DNA from: Antedon mediterranea
Lineage: Eukaryota; Animalia; Echinodermata
NCBI RefSeq assembly: GCF_964355755.1
Contig: NC_092672.1
Coordinates: forward strand, 1,178,001 to 1,242,000
Reading direction: 5' to 3'
DNA: 64,000 bases
In this document: positions 39,001 to 52,500 of the stretch, one piece after another
Position numbering within the stretch: the first letter of the stretch is position 1
Layout of the letters: the number at the start of each line of letters is the position of its first letter
Notes under the pieces: generated by a model
What the model saw: only the letters and a program-made list of their open reading frames with translations
Told to the model about the DNA's origin: nothing
Database searches by the model: none
Program-made: the position numbers and the translations under genes

Positions 39001-42000
39001 TGTGCTGATGTGACAGGCGCTGCACGGCCGTCGTGGGTCCGTAGAGAGCCTAATCCGAATGTCCACAGTTTCCGGTTAAACTTGAGGACCGGAATAAATA
39101 CCTTTACCTTAACTGAAGATTAAATTCCTACTCCTAACAAATAATTTAACTGAATACATTTAGCACATTTGTGTTTAGTATTATTTTGAATGAGCTATTG
39201 ATACTTAGATATTGGTCCTGAGATATGATCTTTTATTTAAGGCATAATATTGTATATCCTCCTACATTGCAAACTAAGAACATTCATGTATTAAACATTA
39301 AAGACAAATTACTGACACATATTATGTTGCTTTATTGATATGTAATCGGTTGATGACGTGTGTAGCATTTCAATCATTTCCCGCTCGATGGTTTCTGCAG
39401 ACTCGGCAATAGATTTATCCGTCTAAAATTAAAATAATAAGGGTATTTTAAAAGTGAAGTGTTAGCGATCGGTGATATATTTTATTTATATAAATGTTTT
39501 CAAATATTGAAACAAAGATTCATTGCGCTTATGTCCTTGCGTTGCGTCTCTAGTGGGAACCATGCTTAACGAATTATAGAGGTAAGTAATAAACAACACC
39601 TAGTCTCTAGTGGGAACTATGCTTAACGAATTATAGAGGTAAGTAATAAACAACACCTACAATTTTACAGCCAACTGGACCATTAGCGTCGTTAGATAAA
39701 ATGTTCGTAACAAGTTGTTCAGAACTGCAAGTCACATGGCTTCTGGCTGTCGATTTGATAACATTCTTCATTCTAATCGATGTAGTTTCCTCTTTCGAAG
39801 AGAAGGACGAATACGATTCAGCAAACTTTAACGTAGTGTGTGTGTTAAGCAAGATTTTTTCCTCGGTTGAATATAATCCAGTAACTTTCTGTGAAGTTTT
39901 GGTTCTGATATGTTCAGCAGCTGGAGACAATGACAAAGTTAGCGTGACGTCATTTTTATTTAATGAATCTTGGATAGTTGTTTTAAACGCGCTCTTTACC
40001 GAAATAAGGGATTCATGTTTATCAACGGTAGATGTAGCATATATTTTTCGATTCTGTGTTGTTCCATCGTTTGTTATAACGCCTGTATTAGTTGTCGGAT
40101 CATCAACATACAGTATTTCTTGATTTTGCGTGGTTGTTAAAGGATGTGTTATAGGAGTTTCTTTTTCAGATATGACGTCAGTATTAGTTTCAGCAGCGTG
40201 TTCACTATCGGTAGAAGTAAAATCCAACAATTCGGGATTTTGGGTAGTTGTTAAATCGCTTGTTACAGGAGTTCGTTCCTTTGATATGACGTCAGTATTA
40301 GTTTCAGCAGCGTGTTCACCGTCGGTAGAAGTAAAATTCAACAATTCGTGATTTTGGGTAGTTGTTAACTCGCTTGTTACAGGAGTTCGTTCGTTTGATA
40401 GGACGTCAGTATTAGTTTCAGCAGCGTGTGCACCATCGGTAGAAGTAAAATCCAACAATTCGTGATTTTGGATAGTTGTTAAATCACTTGTTACAGGAGT
40501 TCGTTCCTTTGATATGACGTCAGTATTAGTTTCAGCAGCGTGTTCACCGTCGGTAGAAGTAAAATTCAACAATTCGTGATTTTGGGTAGTTGTTAACTCG
40601 CTTGTTACAGGAGTTCGTTCGTTTGATAGGACGTCAGTATTAGTTTCAGCAGCGTGTACACCATCGGTAGAAGTAAAATCCAACAATTCGGGATTTTGGG
40701 TAGTTGTTAAATCACTTGTTACAGGAGTTCGTTCGCTTGATATGACGTCAGTATTAGTTTCAGCAGCGTGTTCACCATCGGTAGAAGTAGAATCCAACAA
40801 TTCAGGATTTTGTGTAGTTGTTAAATCGCCTGTTACAGGAGTTTCTCCTTTGCTTCTGACGTCAGTATTAGTTGTAAAATATTGTTCATCGGTAGATTTA
40901 TCATCCAATATTTCTTGATTTGAGGTAGTTTCTAAATCAACTAAATTGTTAGTGACTTTGTTTTCAGTTTCACTTTTCAATTCGGGTGTTCCTTTAGTTG
41001 TTTTACTTTGATATTCATTGTGTTCTGTTATTGTATCGGTTGCGCCAACTGTGTTGTCAATAGAAGATGACGTTGACCATACTGGAGGTTCACTCATCAT
41101 AGATTTAGCTTTCGAGTTGCCAACAGCGCTAATTTCTGACACATTTTTTCCAGTATTATTGTATGGATTAACTTGTTGATAGTTTGTTTTAGTGTAACTA
41201 GGCGTTGTCAGTAATTCTGAAATGTTATTAATAATAGTTCCCATCTCTGATTCGCCTCTTATTGAAATGTTAGAAACACTGGATTCTGAAGTAGGCTGGA
41301 TATTGCGTTGGTGTGTTTCTGCTGTGGGTTCCATAAACCTACTCGATATATTTTGAGGAGTACTTATATATTGCGTTACGTTTGCTGAAACTCGTGATGG
41401 CAATTTCACAGTACTAGATACTACAGTTGCATTCGTTTTTTTTGTATTTCTGTCGGTAAGAAATGTATTTACTGAGGTGACATGTGATTGTGTTGTAGGT
41501 CCAGTACTGAAGTCGATTTGAGCATGCGTGGACCGTATTGTGTAATTATCAGAAACATTTAGTGAACTTTTCAACGTAGATGTACCTTCCTTAACTGAGA
41601 TAGTGTTGTTAACTTGATATGTTGGTGTTATTTGATTATCTGTATCTAGGCCACCTTGACGATACGTGGTTTGTTTTTGGCCTAGTGTGTGATTTCTAGG
41701 AGTTGTCCATCTAGCGTTTGTAGTCATAAGTACCGCATGTACAGCTTGTTGGGTTGAAACCTTAGTAGCATTATCTATATGTGTTACCATTGCCTTCCCA
41801 CTTGCACTGGATTTTAGCCGATTTGAAATGTCATCTTCATCATACGTCACGGTGCTGAGTCTTGAACCTTCTGTACGTTTAGGATATTGTTGTCGCTTAT
41901 CGTCGCCATAGTTACCTATTGTTGTGTTGTTTCTATCGGCGTATGTGTTGTACATAGTAATCATCGTAGCACGAGTATGACCGTAGTCTGACCTCCCAGT

Positions 42001-45000
42001 AATTTCTTGCCGTACCGTTGTCGTTGCCATTTCTTTTCTGATATTTCCGTCTTCGCCATCGTGACTAGTAACGGATTTATTCGCTTACGAAACAAAAATA
42101 GAAAAAAAAGTTGAGTATGTAATTTTGTTAATTTTACTACGAAAGTGTGATGGCGCTATACTCTGTTATCCGTAATTAATTAACAGAATGACGTAATGCA
42201 TAAACGGCATAAATACGGAGAGCGATTGTTACCCGGGATTAAGTTTGTTTTGTTGTCTCTTTTGTGATTTACCACTTTTAGATTCATTCTTTTTTCATAC
42301 ATGATAATGAAATAATTGTAATTTTTCTCATATTGGTCTTACTTTTCTATACAAAATGATTTTATTAGAACAGTCCTACTACTAATATACTAATGATCAT
42401 AATTACTCGGGGGTTCATTGAGAGTACGAAGACACCATTTATGTTTAGCTATACTGTTAAAAAGCCTGAAATTACTAATGAATTTAGCTTATTTTCGGGT
42501 CTTTTGTAAGCCCTACTTGCCATCATAAAAGGACTAACGTGTCTAAAGATAATAGTACTGTGTAACTTTACAGAGTACGTGCAGGTAAGCTGACGGTATT
42601 AACACTCAACTGATGCATTCTTATGATAAAATTAAACTATTTAGGCACCAAAACGGAACTATATCTAACGTGAAGTCCACGTTGGCATCGACGTGCTCAT
42701 ATGGTGGTTATTAACAGCCTTCATAAAAAAATATGTGCTATATTTTGTTTTAATCCTTACCCTTTTCTGTAGTTTGCATTGCATTATTAATTGCTGGAAT
42801 ACGACATTGGCTACTGTTTTGAAATATGCCGTAGAAATAATCTTCATATTCAACATGTGAATATTCGCCGTATGTGTGCCATTTTTCATCTAATAAAATG
42901 TAAATTTAGGAAAACAATATTATTACCTCAAACCGTTTATGTATGTTATATATTATTTGAATGCACGTATTTCACGCACAAAATACGTTGGCATAAGGCC
43001 TACTCACTCACTACTCTTCAATAATTTTTAGAAGATTTCGACTAAAAAGCAAACGCCACACTCCTATAAGTCAAGCAATATAACAATGAGCTTTTAATGC
43101 GTGCGTAAAATGCTGCACAGTTGTGTCACAAATTCTTTTCTCCTAAAATGAAAGATGATAAAACAAAGTACCAGGGCAACCAAGTAGATCAAACCGCAAA
43201 CACGGCTGGTTATTCCAAGTTTGGATATGGATGATAATTGATGACGCATACATTACATCTGAGAACGTGTTCATCACTGGTGTTTCAGAATCACTGTTAC
43301 CGTTGAAAAGAAAAGGCTAAAATAAATCAAGGCAAAAAAAAAATTTAATTAAAGAGGATCCGTACAATTGATATTGCAAATATTTAAAAATTATTTAACA
43401 CACATTGTGCAAGCAGAGAAGAATGCCTTGTTCAAGAATATGTAGGAAGTGAGAAGTAACAACCGACAAACCTCAGTTGCGTTCCCAGCGTCCTCCGGTG
43501 TCACGTGTTCCCATTTGTCACCAAGTCTCCTATAGTAGACATTGTATCCTGTAACCCAACTATTCGAACGAAATGCACCCTGGGTGATTATTCCAGTTAC
43601 GTTTCTAGGTTCAAAAAAATTCACTTGGATTGCAGACTTCTTGTGACCACACCAACCAGTATCGGAATTTAGTTGCACGTGATCATGTGATTCTTCCTGG
43701 TCGTCTGGACAAAATTTAATCTGGTTTTCCATTATAGATTCCAACAGTTGTTCGGCGCACCACACATGTTCTTAACAAAAAGAAGAACCATTATTTATTA
43801 ATAATTTATACATATTATTATTGTGACTAATTGTTTGATTATTCCACTTGAAGAATTCCACTTCAGTATTAAAACAAAGATTGTTGTCGGTGTTGTGTTC
43901 ACACTATATGTATACATAAAACGAACTACATCGAACATCGAGAGGTTGTAGTCAGCAGACGACCAAGGTTGTAGTCAGATGAAAAGAAAGGCTGTTAGTC
44001 AGCAGACGAGAAACGTTGTAGTCAGCTGACATAAAGGCTGTAGTCAGCAGACAAGAAAGGTTGATGTAGTCAGCAGACATGAACGGTTGTAGTCAGCAGA
44101 TGAGAAAGGTTGTAGTCAGCAGACAAGAAAGGTTGTAGTTAACAGACAAGAAAATGCAAGATAGGTTGTAGTCGGCAGACATGAAAGATTGTAGTCAGCA
44201 GACACGAGATGTTGTAGTCACCAGACAAGACAGGTTGTAGGCCTAGTCAGCAGAAATAAAGGACTGTAGTCAGCAGACGAGAAAGGTTGTAGTCAGCAGA
44301 CGAAAAAGGTTGTAGTCAGCAGACAAAAAAGGTTGTAGTCAGCAGACGAAAAAGGTTGTAGTTAACAGACAAGAAATGTCGTAGTCAGCAGACGAGAAAG
44401 GATGTAGTCAGCAGACACGGAAGGTTGTAGTCAGCAGACGAACAAGGTTGTAGTCAGCAGACGAGAAAGGTTGTAGTCAGCAGACGAGAAAGGATGTAGT
44501 CAGCAGACATAAAGGCTGTAGTCAGCAGACGAGAAAGTTTGTAGTCAGCAGACGAGAAAGGTTGTAGTCAGCAGAAAAGAAAGGTTGTAGTCAGCTGACA
44601 TGAAAGTTTGTAGTCAGCAGAAAAGAAAGGTTGTAGTTAGCAGACGAGAAAGGTTTTAGTCAGCTGACATGAAAGGTTGTAGTCAGCTGACATGAAAGGT
44701 TGTAGTCAGCTGACATGAAAGGTTGTAGTCAGCTGACATGAAAGGTTGTAGTCAGCAGAAAAGAAAGATTGTAGTCAGCAGACGAGAAAGTTTGTAGTCA
44801 GCAGACGAGAAAGGTTGTAGTCAGCTGACATGAAAGGTTGTAGTCAGCTGACATGAAAGGTTGTAGTCAGCTGACATGAAAGATTGTAGTCAGCAGAAAA
44901 GAAAGGTTGTAGTTAGCAGACGAGAAAGGTTTTAGTCAGCAGACAAGAAAGGTTGTAGTCAGGTGCTAAAGGGTGCTGTCATACGAGAATCGGGTGGTAA

Positions 45001-46181
45001 TTTTTACGAAATAGAACACATAAAAAGCATACTACCTTTGCAACCCATCAGTTCCAAGTTCATGCAAATATTCTCATTTTCAAGCGCAGTGATTTCTATA
45101 CTAACAACCGACATTTCGAGTGGTGATGAAAAGGAATGTTTAAACATTTCGTTACCTCTGTGTTCTTCTTCTTTTATTATAAACTCCTAAAAAGAAAGAA
45201 GATGTAATTAATTAATTTAAGTCCCCTTCTGTGACTGAAGTAGATCAGGAATAATCCACTTCTAACTCCGTTTGAAAAGATGTATATCAAATAGATGTAA
45301 ATGTCTATGTGAGACACGTTTAAGATAAATTTGTTTTAATAGATTTCCGGAAACTTTTCAAGGAACGTGCATTCCAAATTACATAAGAATATTATAGGAA
45401 AAGAGAAATAGATAACATAATGCACAGAATGGAGGGGAAAACCAAAAGTTCCAGAAATGACAGAACTATTCCGTTTGGCACTCAATGGTGGAATCAAAGT
45501 AATTGTTGTTGTCTCTATGTTTATATAACATGTTTGCTGAAATTAATAGTAAAATAGTTAACAAAAATATATAAAAAACTAACCATGGGCATATGTTCTT
45601 CATCAAGGATGCTTTGCCAATTGTTCTCGTTAGATATATAGCTAAGAGTAAACTTCATTCCAGGAAAATGACCCTTTGTTTTGAAGCCTGTGACGTTTGT
45701 CAGTTGATCAAAAGTTATTTTAATTGTCGAATTTGACTTTCCTGAGCACCAAGCACCAGCTGAGTTCAATCGAGAGTAAGCAGAAGTATAGTTGACTATT
45801 TCGCTAGATACATTTATACTGCTGCTTCCGATTTCACCAGACGTCATACCAAGTTCTTCTTTGCATAGTTGTTGTTGTGGTGGATTATTTCTGCACCCTA
45901 TTATAAAACAAAATAAATGTAGATAATAGTCATACCATGCCAAATAAATAAATGTAAACAAATTTGGTTTGTGACTTTCTTTTTTTTTTTCTACAGTAGG
46001 TCTTTGTAGCATTGTCGTTGCTGTTGAGGGTCAATGGGTCATTCCATTCGAGCATTTAAAGCCCAAAATAACATGATTATAACGATACTATTATTTAAAA
46101 TAAAATGAAATACATACATGATTCTTTGAGTATTATTGATACGCACAAGAAACCAAGTAGTTTTAGTTGAAGTTTCCCCAT
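30025..46181 (-). CDS. Adhesion GPCR: signal peptide, 2x F5/8 type C (discoidin), Ser/Thr-rich stalk, GAIN/GPS, secretin-like 7TM (~1625 aa, 20 exons)
   Basis: Exons 46181-46118, 45897-45584, 45186-45036, 43770-43472, 43316-43172, 42083-39661, 39422-39317, 38933-38829, 37819-37750, 37546-37417, 37277-37219, 37074-36966, 36435-36332, 36221-36116, 34129-33909, 33668-33608, 33459-33344, 31369-31204, 30683-30606 and 30075-30025 are phase-consistent (4878 nt). Motifs: SRLNSAGAWC, CMNLELMGC, VTGIITQG, CLRFDLLGC (F5/8C); WSTSGC...CVCSHM/TSFAVLM (GPS); IHKHL, FMWMSAEA, CWL, LLPVLGISW, NSLQGVFIF (7TM). TM6 resembles ADGRD-type receptors. Confidence 0.92.
30918..31125. mobile_element. PIF/Harbinger (Tourist-like) MITE, TTA TSD
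   Basis: TTA-AGGGTCTTTCACACC...GGTGTGAAAGACCCT-TTA with ~55 bp imperfect arms. Confidence 0.85.
31531..31616 (+). repeat. 22-bp tandem repeat x4
   Basis: AAGTTGGTGTGGCCACTATTAT. Confidence 0.93.
32703..32783 (+). repeat. 24-bp tandem repeat x3
   Basis: ATTTTATTTCATTCATTGTAGTTT. Confidence 0.85.
34159..35439. mobile_element. hAT-like non-autonomous element with 15-bp TIR and 8-bp TSD
   Basis: CAGTGGCGTATCCAG...CTGGATACGCCACTG, subterminal poly-G and poly-C, TSD CAGACAAT at 34151-34158 and 35440-35447. Confidence 0.92.
38012..38460 (+). repeat. 41-bp minisatellite x11 in aGPCR intron
   Basis: GACTCCATCCTTTGTAAGCTAGGGCAGACGAGTCTAACGCT. Confidence 0.97.
38582..38757. mobile_element. Palindromic MITE family AGCTTGGTTCCCACTAG (Harbinger-like), inside an older relative
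   Basis: AAGCTTGGTTCCCACTAGAACGTAACGCAAGGAC...GCGTCGCTAGTGGTAACCACGCT; near-identical copy at 47784-47963; diverged copies at ~9127-9275, ~12709-12850, ~33110-33265, ~39520-39570, ~47570-47730, ~48020-48125, ~48777-49180 and ~62850-62950. Confidence 0.85.
40120..40930 (-). repeat. Coding tandem repeat, ~6 x 135 bp (45 aa), in aGPCR stalk
   Basis: Unit TPVTSxLTTTQNxELLxFTSTDGxHAAETNTDVxSxER. Confidence 0.95.
43940..44962 (+). repeat. 23-bp satellite, ~44 copies, in the aGPCR intron between the two F5/8C domains
   Basis: AGGTTGTAGTCAGCAGACGAGAA with subtype AGGTTGTAGTCAGCTGACATGAA. Confidence 0.95.
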
Positions 46182-47783
46182 TACAGACGATGTAGGCCTA
46201 GAGTGTATTATTTTAGTTAAATTAACGATGCTGTATTGTAGTTCATCTCTTATTTGACGATGTACTGCTATACTTTAACCATGCTGTACTGTGGCTCATC
46301 TGTGACAATTATTACGAATACACTTTCTTTTAGTGGAAATCTAAGCTTGAGTTTTGTCTATTATGTTTCAACAACAGTGTCTCAAATTACAGTTCAAAAT
46401 ATGATATTTGATATTTATATAACGTTTGGTAAAAAGAAACATTTTGTTTTAAATTATATGAACTTAATTTAGTCGACAAAAATTAAATTTTAGTTTATTG
46501 AATTAAAGTAAAATGTAGAGTAGATAGGATGGCGTGCTTCTTGTGGACATTTTGCAATATAGGTCTATAGTAATACAAATATAATTTAATAATTCACAAT
46601 ACTTTGTATGCTGTCTTTGTTTTTTTTTTCCATACATTGTTTTTCTATTGGTCCTTTGTTGTTTTCATTGTACATTTTAACAGGTATTTAGCTTCACTAT
46701 CTTCTCCATACATTTTATTATATTTTGCTGAATAATTCCATTAGCAATTTTAAATGGAAATAAATTGAATTGTATTGATAATGATTAATGTATAATTGAA
46801 TTATAAAGCTATTGAAGTGAACATATTGAATTTCTTTGATTATTTGAAACAGTTTTATCAATACAATAAGAAACAAAATCTTTGTGCCTCCATGATGATG
46901 TAGTTGTTACTATACGTGTCTGTATTCTAGAGAAGGGTTTACGAAACATTTAAGGGGGAACTTTCAGGGCCGAACTAAGTGTCCCCTTAAGGGTGTCCCC
47001 TGAAATAAAAAAAAAATGAATATACCACAATGACCACTATTGATCTGGTCTCAAGAAATTGAGAAGAAATTAAACTTTATCAGCCAACGTTTTACCAGTG
47101 AAAACGTAATTATTACGATACGATATATGGGTTGGTGTGATAGGGTTGAATCAACCATTTTAGCACACTCAAAAGTCTCCCTCGTCCCCTTAATAGAGGT
47201 GTCCCAGAAGAGGTAGTAGTCGACCCATCGCATAAAAACCAACACTACATTTCAATCAGCGAGAGTGTTACTTTCATTTATTTTGATTAATCTAATCTGA
47301 AGACAAAAACACACGTCACACACACATTACCATTGTAGACTATTTCATATTTATTTCATCTCTTTATAATAGTTTAAAGGATTTTATTATCTAAATAATG
47401 TTATTACCGCAATGGTTAATTACAACAGTTACGTAATACATTAGGTAATGTACTAAAATGTATAATATTGCTATAAATACGGATAATAAATAAACTCTAT
47501 TCCATCATAGAGTATAAGTAGAATAACATTTTGCTAATACAAAGCACCTACTAAATATTGAGTTCTAAAGATGGTTTCTCTAGAAACGCAACGCGAGAAC
47601 GTAGACTCAAAGACAAGTAAGTGGACCAAAGACAAACGACATTTTTTATAATGCATGGCTTGTGATTGGTCAAATCACGTACGTTGTGTTACGTTCTTGA
47701 GTTACGTCTTTAGTGAGAAGGAAGCATTAAGCTACACACCAACTCAGTGTGTAGGTTTGCGTGTTAAGCCTGGTTCTCACTAA

Positions 47784-47963
47784 AGCTTGGTTCCCACTAG
47801 AACGTAACGCAGGGACGTAAACGCAACGCAAGCGTTTTAACCAATGACAAGCGAAGTTATAGACAGCAATCACAAGCGAATAAGCCATCGGTTGTGATTG
47901 GTCAATTCACTTGCGTTGCGTTACCGTACATCCTTGCGTTGCGTCGCTAGTGGGAACCACGCT
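47784..47963. mobile_element. AGCTTGGTTCCCACTAG MITE, well-preserved copy
   Basis: TAA-AGCTTGGTTCCCACTAG...CTAGTGGGAACCACGCT-TTA. Confidence 0.88.
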
Positions 47964-48776
47964 TTAGTGAGAAGGAAGGATTAAGCTACATACCAACTCA
48001 GTTTGTCGGTTTGCGTGTTAAGCCTGGTTCTCACTAAAGCGATGAATTATTCAAACTGTCGCTTGTTCCACCCGCTCACGTTTCGTTTACGTCATTGCAT
48101 TACCTCTCTTGTGGGAACCAAGCTTTATATTTAATTTGTTCAATTGCAAACGTTTCCTTATTTACATGAATAATACTTCTAAACAACTAATATTAAAATA
48201 TCAACAATAAACACAAAGTCTAGCATTGTAATCTATGTATATACTTTAAACGTTTTCTGAATGTTACGTAATCAGGAAAAATGTGTCTTTTTTGTGTACT
48301 CGTCAGTTAGGCGTTTAGTAATTCAAGGAAGTGTAAAATTACTCTCCCCTGTTTAATCATTGTTTTGTCTTTGGATCCTATAAGTCTAACTAGTTTGTAC
48401 CACTACAATATTCTATACAGTAGTAGGCCTACATTGGGTTCGGTTTTCAAACCTGTCACCCACCCCTCACTCCAATTCATACATACATTAACTGAATCTG
48501 CAATTGTCATCAAAATATATTTCATTCATTTCATTATATCACTTATATTAATGTAATTATGTTAAACAACCAACAAAATCTGTAATTTAATAAATAAATT
48601 AGCTAAAACTAGTCAACATTTGATATCAATCTTCAAATCATAACGACGTTAACGCGTCCATGGTTTCTATGGAAACATGATTGTACAGACACGCAGTAAA
48701 TATATTTTGTTTGAAATTTTGTTCATAATTTGGAAACCAATGTTGATTAGTACGTCATATTACACAACAAAATGTA

Positions 48777-49180
48777 AGCTTGGTTCCCATTAGCAACGCA
48801 ACGCAGCAACGTATCGACGCAAAGTGCTGTATTGCGTAATCACAAGTGGGAACCGACGACGCAACAATGCTGCAAACATCGCAGGTTTGATTTCACACAG
48901 GCAGGGGCAAGCACAATTAAGCTTGTTCCCACCTAGCGACGCACCGCAAGGACGTAACGCAACGTAAAGTGATTTGACCAATCACAAGGCCGGGATAGAT
49001 TATTCGAACAATCGCGTGTGATTGGTCAACTCGCTTGCATTGCGTCTACGTCCTTACGTTGCGTCTTAGTGGGAACCAAGCTTTATTTGAAGGGTATTTT
49101 CTTACGTTGCGTCTTAGTGGGAACCAAGCTTTATTTGAAAGGTATTTTCTTACGTTGCGTCGCTAGTGGGAACCAGGCTT
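48777..49180. mobile_element. Nested AGCTTGGTTCCCA MITEs with a triplicated right end
   Basis: Left ends at ~48777 and ~48920; TTACGTTGCGTC..AGTGGGAACCA.GCTT repeated three times at 49054-49180. Confidence 0.8.
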
Positions 49181-49563
49181 AAAATACTTTGCCAACGCGT
49201 TATGATTTCAGGAAAACTAAACATTGCTACTAATACATACTACAATAACACATATAAGTTGATGATAAATAATACAATTCATTTTATACATTTACAAGAA
49301 CATGTGTGAACTTCAAATGGATGTTTAATGACCTGTTTTTTGGGGATTTACCTTCGACAATTAAAAGTAATTTCTCCTCACACATACAAACTGAATGTCG
49401 TTACGTAAGCGTTCACGACGTCGTTTACGACAATGTAAAAGTGTGCGCAGTCGATCATGAAAGAGATCAACACAGATCTGTTTATAGACATGCGCAGATT
49501 GTTTTATACGCTCTATATCATCGTATTCTTTGACTTCACATAATAAGAACATTAATTACCATG

Positions 49564-52500
49564 TTACCTTTTAAGTAGTAAATATACCTGGTAGGCGGCA
49601 GCTTTCAAAGCAGGTACGTCATACCCCATTGGAAGTCGTTGATTGGCTAACCATCGATGAGCCTTATGATAGATCAAATCCCATTCAGCTTTTAGATTAG
49701 AGCAACTATGATGTAGCCAAATGACAGCCAAGGCCGTACCCCACAATCGCTGTTCCAATTCTAAATCGGGCACAAACACGCCACCAGACTCAACAGAGTT
49801 GGGCGACGTTGGATCGGAAACCGGTCCTGTGGCATTCTTTGACTGGATACCAGATCCTAACATGAGTAATGAGTTCCCTCTATCAGGTGACGTATTTGCC
49901 GATATAAAAGACTTGTAACCACTATCAGAAGTGCGAATCTCATTTCCAAATACGGAATCGTGCAGGTCAGCACTATCTGTTGTGAATGTATCGTGCGGGC
50001 ATTCACACTCCAATCGACTTTCTACCATACACAGTGGTGACGCGTTTCTTAGTTTTTCAAGTGGAATCTCCATTATATCTGCAAGACTTGCATTTAAGTT
50101 CCAAGCTCCACAGGCCAGTTGTTGCTCAACTAACGAAAACAGTTCGACGCATTCAAGGCTCGCTGTACGCGCGCGTGTGTTTTGTATATTTGCGAATATC
50201 GGGCGTTTAGTCGGTGTACCAAGGCGTCGGCGAATCTTTCCTAGTTTGGCGCTAATATTGGCAAACTTCGGTCTTGGTAATGGTATGTTTATGCTTGAAA
50301 TCGGTCTGTACAACGACTCTGTAAAAGAAGAAACATAAAGGTTTCACACGGTAAAATGTATACATATTTCGTTACAGGAGTCATTAACAATATAGTTTAT
50401 TTTCGACATGCAAGAGCAATGCTCATGCTACAAAAACTATAATATTGAAATGTTTATGAAACGTGTTTTACATGCAAGTTTGTTATTTGTGATTCATAAG
50501 ACAAATTTGAGGAATAATGACCATTCACAAAATGACCATTCACAAAATGAGGTCAAATATGTCAAATAATGATACACAAATGTGTTATAATATATAATTG
50601 TTTTGATGATGATACTTCCATGATTTGAACACAGAAAAATAACATCATTACACTTTTGAATTAAGATAAACGATATATTGTGGGTTCGAGCAGCAGACAA
50701 AATCATCATCATCATTTTTCTAGCCTAGTTTATCATTAATGGCTACAATCGTATAGCATAGCTTATTCCAAAATAACCGGTTTCAACTTATAACATCATC
50801 CGTGAAACATAATACTCTAGGCCTTATACATCTGCTTAGCTGTAGTGAACCAATATTACACAGACGAACGGTACGGTAACGGTAAAAAAATATAACATTT
50901 ATGTTATTCCATATGACTATTTACACACAACGCGAAGAAGACGGGCGGTTAATTATCACTCATGGTAGATACAGATTTTACGCGGAACAAGCTACGCGGT
51001 TTTTGCCGCTTACCGTTACCGCTCGCGTAATTTTTTTTTCCAGGACGAACGTGGGCAGAATTCATGAATAATTCATGATTAATTATGACATAATAGGGAA
51101 CATTATAGAGGGCGCTATATAAGAACACGCTTACCGCTCGTATGTAAAATGGCCTGTACTAACAACGCATTTCAATCTTGTATGACGTCACGTGTGAAAT
51201 AAGTAAATAAAAATATAGTACATTGATCTGTTACATCTAACAATCTTATGAAGATTTTGTAAATCAATAAAACTAATGTCAATTTAATTATTCTTTGGAA
51301 ATGTTATCGGTAAATCGATACTGATAATCTTTCTACAAGCAGTTATACAAAATAAATATATACTTCCCTAATCTAATATAAGTTTGTATTATAGTAATCG
51401 TACTATATTTAAAAATAATCTTGATGAGAGCAAAGTTAGATCATGGAGGAAAAAATACAATGATATTGTTTACTCCATGGATAGAGAATAGTGCGAATGT
51501 GTTGCTATATATTAAGCATTTATTTGTTCCGTTTACATCGTTAAGAAAGCTTTCAAGATCAACTTTATTTATCACACGTCCATATAGAAAAAAACAATTT
51601 ATAAAATACATATACAATAGATTGTTAGGTTTGGGTTTTTCGTAGTGTTCCATTCACCATCCCTAGCTCACTTCAATGTACTACGTGATAATTTGTAAAA
51701 AGTTTCATAATACTTATTTTTGTTATAATGTCGTTTTTAAGGTCAGAAGGGTTACAACGAAAACGGAACAAATGTGAATTTAGCAGCAGATAACATGAAG
51801 TAATTCATTTCACATTATTGACAATAACATAGACAAATAATGAACATTGAATAGCATTAGAATAGACGATTGCTCAACTATTATTGTTAAGTACTAAGAT
51901 ATACAAACAGAAAAGAGCATATGACTCACTATTAGATGTTGCCAGGTCATATATATGACCTTTTTGGGACACGTAGGCTCCGTTCCAGCGTACTGGTTCT
52001 GATATCGTAGAGCCGACTGGACTAGGAGGCCGACCTATGTAAGGGAACACAAAATGCACGCTGATAGAAATCTTAGCACGATAAGATAATAAATATATAC
52101 AAGAGTATGTTGTTAGTCATAAGAAACAACATGCCTTTGATGAAGTAAATTTGCAGAACTTTCAGTTTCTGAAAAATAATTTGTGGTAAAAAAAACGGTA
52201 CTAATGTAGGGAACTTGACAACAGTCACATTATGTAACATTTCAATTAAGGCCTAAGATATTGCAAAAGAATTCCAGATGAATCTGATTTGTGGTTATAT
52301 GTTGCCCACCAAAAAAAAAAGAATGTTCAAAAGTTCCGTACATATTTAAGGAACAAAGTGGTACTGTATATGCCTACTCGGATATTTCCATATTAATGTG
52401 TCTAGTTTTATCGTGGAGAATGTTATCTGACTTAGGTGCTTGTGTGTGTAAAGCTCTATCTACACGATCAAACAACATGTGATGTGCTCATAATGGCGTC

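Noticed and set aside
39631-42030. Stand-alone 799-aa mucin gene
   Set aside because: Bounded by a phase-compatible acceptor (42084) and donor (39660); it is an internal exon of the adhesion GPCR.
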